From assembly GCA_965153285.1 (NCBI GenBank), contig OZ229113.1: a DNA stretch of 64,000 bases. The stretch is one strand, 5' to 3'. The first letter of the stretch is position 1; the number at the start of each line of letters is the position of its first letter. The stretch is from Podarcis tiliguerta (taxonomy: Eukaryota). The notes below the pieces were generated by a model. It ran no database searches. It saw nothing but the letters and a program-made list of their open reading frames with translations, and had not been told where the DNA came from. Below, in pieces: positions 61,263 to 64,000 of this stretch. The translations under genes and the position numbers were made by a program.

Positions 61263-64000
61263 CCAAAACAACTTGCTTCTACATGAAACTCTTGAAATAA
61301 TGAATAACTGTAGATCACATTGCAGCATTAGTACCTAATATAAGATAGTCTTATGAAATCACCTTTTCTAATCTAGTATGGCTTATTGAATATATGACAC
61401 ATTACAAATGTGGGTATTTAAAAAACCAGCATATATATTATTCACTCCTGCATCTGGTTATGTTTAATTGGTTCCAGAGACCTTTGATATCAAGGCATGG
61501 GTACCCCCATAGGTCAACTACATCCCCCCAAAAATGCCAGCTTTGAAATGGTTTAATATCTCTCTGATTCAAATTTCTAATAAAGCCAAGGTTAACTTTT
61601 CATAGAAATTGTTTTAAAATGCCCAAATTGCTTTACAGTTGATTTTGATTCTTAGAGGACAGCTAGCTTTTTCTTGGCAATATTGATATTGGCAGTTTTG
61701 TGAGTGTCCCAGCTATTTCTGGTTTCCTTTGCAAGTAATTTGAATAGGAGGATGAAGTTTAGTGCTGCAGTATTATAGACTGTAACTGTAAGTCATAAAG
61801 CCTGCTGAGGAAAGTTGAATCATTTGTATTATGGCTAGCCAGGGGCTCTAGAAATCTGAATGGTACAATTGTACCGTTGATTGCCTCGGCGCTATATTTC
61901 AGCAAATGGAACCCAACAGAAATATTCAAATGCTCCAAACTGTCATATAGATATATAAAGCATTTTAAACTGGAAACAACCTATGGGGTCACAGCAAACG
62001 CAGCACTCAAATCCCAATTATATAATTTGGCAATTTTAGCAACCACATTGAGCCTGTAGGGCCAATTAAAGGTGCCTTAAGAATGGCCATTCCAATTGTA
62101 GGACATGATCCACCCAAAATGAATGATTTTTTAACTACTGGTTTTTATGGGGATAAATTAAGCATCTGCTTAATTAAAAAAAAAAAAAAAAAACTGGCGG
62201 GGGGCTTAAGTTTGCTAACTTTCTTACAATTTTCCCCTTAGCAAATTTGTATGTGTGTTTAGGATTACAGTCCAAATGCCATCTGCGTAGCGTGGAGTGG
62301 CATAGCTGTCACTGCTATGGCCTGTTGCTCACACCAGCTGGAGCAAAAGGCAAGATGGTGTAGTGATCAGACCCAATGCCATCAATTGGCTTCAGTGGGC
62401 CCACCTCAGAATCCAGTGCATCATGTGCCAACTCAGCCCCTATCTGCTTCCAAAATGCCCAGCAGTAAGCTCATAAGTGGGTGGAACAGGAAGCTTCATG
62501 ATGCCAAGACAACTCCACAGACAAAGGTCAATGGAGCTGTTCTGCACTGGGTGGAATGTGTCCATCAAATCTCTCTAGCATGGGGATTAGGAATATAGAT
62601 TGCATCCTGAGTAACTAAATGGGACCTATGAGAAATCAAGTAGCTGCTGCTTCCTCCCCTCCTCTACATGTTCTGGTTCACCTTGAAAATCAATTAGGAT
62701 TTGCAAGCATTCCTGCTGAATAAACATAGGCTTTTTTAAAAAAAGAGGTTTTGCAACCATTCAATAAGGATGCCTGCAAAATCCTACCTGGTTTAATTTA
62801 TTCACAGTTCTCAAGCACCCACTGCTCCCAAGAGGCTGCCTCTTCACAAGCAGAAATGCAACAAACTTGCCTTTGTGAAAAAGAAGAGGTTGATTGACAA
62901 TATGGCATGGCTCATAGATAAACCTTGACTCCTTATCTAGAAAAATAGCCCTGTGGTTAGGTCAGGTAAGTCATCTGCCTTAGGTGACTGATGATAGGGC
63001 AGAAACATGCCTGGTCTCCTCCACCCATTTCTCTCTGGATACAAATGTTTACTGGGAAAATTTCATTTTCCTCTTGTTGATTTGTGCAGCAAAAAGCTGG
63101 GCCAATAAAAGCCTCACTGGACATTGCAGAAAGAAGAAATATCTTTCTTCAACTGAATTATCAGGGCTGCAGGATAAGGACGGAAAGCAAATAGATCTGA
63201 CACTTTCATTTGGGGATAAAGTTAACTGTATAATTGGATCGGCTTAGTTGTGAAATGCTACTGATCAGCCATCCTGCATTCAGTAAGTACAGCTACATGC
63301 CACTCCCAATATCCACAGCAGTACAAAATTCCAGGGTGTTCCAGGCACTTACCCAGGGTCTGTGTTCCCTTTTGGAAAGTGAGGCATGGAGGAGACTGTG
63401 GTGTCTTATGGTTTATTTCCACATATATACAACCTGAGGCTACAGTGGAGGGGTCCCCATCATTTCACCCCAATAAGGTCTCCATAAGCATAGCATTTGA
63501 TTCAAACAGACACCAGCTATTTGTCTGACTCTCTCTAGTCCACTTAGTTGCATAACTCTTAACACTCTGCACTAACATTCTATTAAATCCTTCTAGAATC
63601 TTGTACATATGCCAATAAAGGTTTGAGAATCTGATTCTAAAACATTGCTTCCTCTCCCTTCTCTAGGCTCTTTGTTTCTCTCTCTCCAGCCAAAAGGGCC
63701 CCACCTCTTTTCCCTCTTGGGCACGTTTCTTTGATTCACGCAGGAGGCCAGTTCTGACGTGATTATATCTAGCACTTGGTTTAATTAAATGACTAGCAAG
63801 GTCTAGCATGGTTCTAATACACACTTGGGTCTATCCTAAAGACTGGTTATTTCCTGGCTTTAATACTACAAACCTAAATTAAATTCTACCACTAACTTAA
63901 GCATGAATTTAGTGTGTCTTGCAGCCCCAGATTCATAACAATGCATTTGAACTTTACAAGATGATTAGTAATATCATTACCACAGTAGAATATAAAAAGC

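Noticed and set aside
62980-63025. Hammerhead ribozyme-like CTGATGA..GAAAC..GTC
   Set aside because: Core nucleotides are present, but stems I and II do not pair convincingly and there is no Penelope context.
1-64000. Prokaryotic systems (CRISPR arrays, operons, defence islands)
   Set aside because: The sequence is vertebrate repeat-rich DNA with no gene-dense ORFs or regularly spaced repeat-spacer arrays.

Overview
This is eukaryotic, vertebrate DNA, not prokaryotic. The repeats point to a squamate reptile, most likely a lacertid lizard: Sauria SINEs with (ACCTTT)n tails, Bov-B/RTE LINEs, L2, L1 and CR1-tailed tRNA SINEs. The window is AT-rich, repeat-dense intronic or intergenic sequence with one 128-nt assembly gap. 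I found no intact host protein-coding gene, RNA gene or CRISPR array. Every ORF in the track with a recognisable product is a decayed retroelement piece (Bov-B RT, L2, L1, RTE zinc finger, Ty1/Copia pol). The most notable structure is: (i) five copies of a GC-rich, ~750-bp solo-LTR-like family, two nested in the same hAT-like host family and one flanked by an unusual ~120-bp direct duplication; (ii) a Bov-B insertion that appears to split a decayed Copia pol; (iii) a candidate alternative first coding exon (38041-38107) behind an AP-1/STAT motif cluster, plus a candidate non-coding exon (29138-29215), suggesting the window may lie inside a large + strand gene. Family names come from recall of consensus motifs, not database searches. 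I see no convincing evidence for a new biological system. The best novelty candidates are the unclassified repeat families and their nesting.
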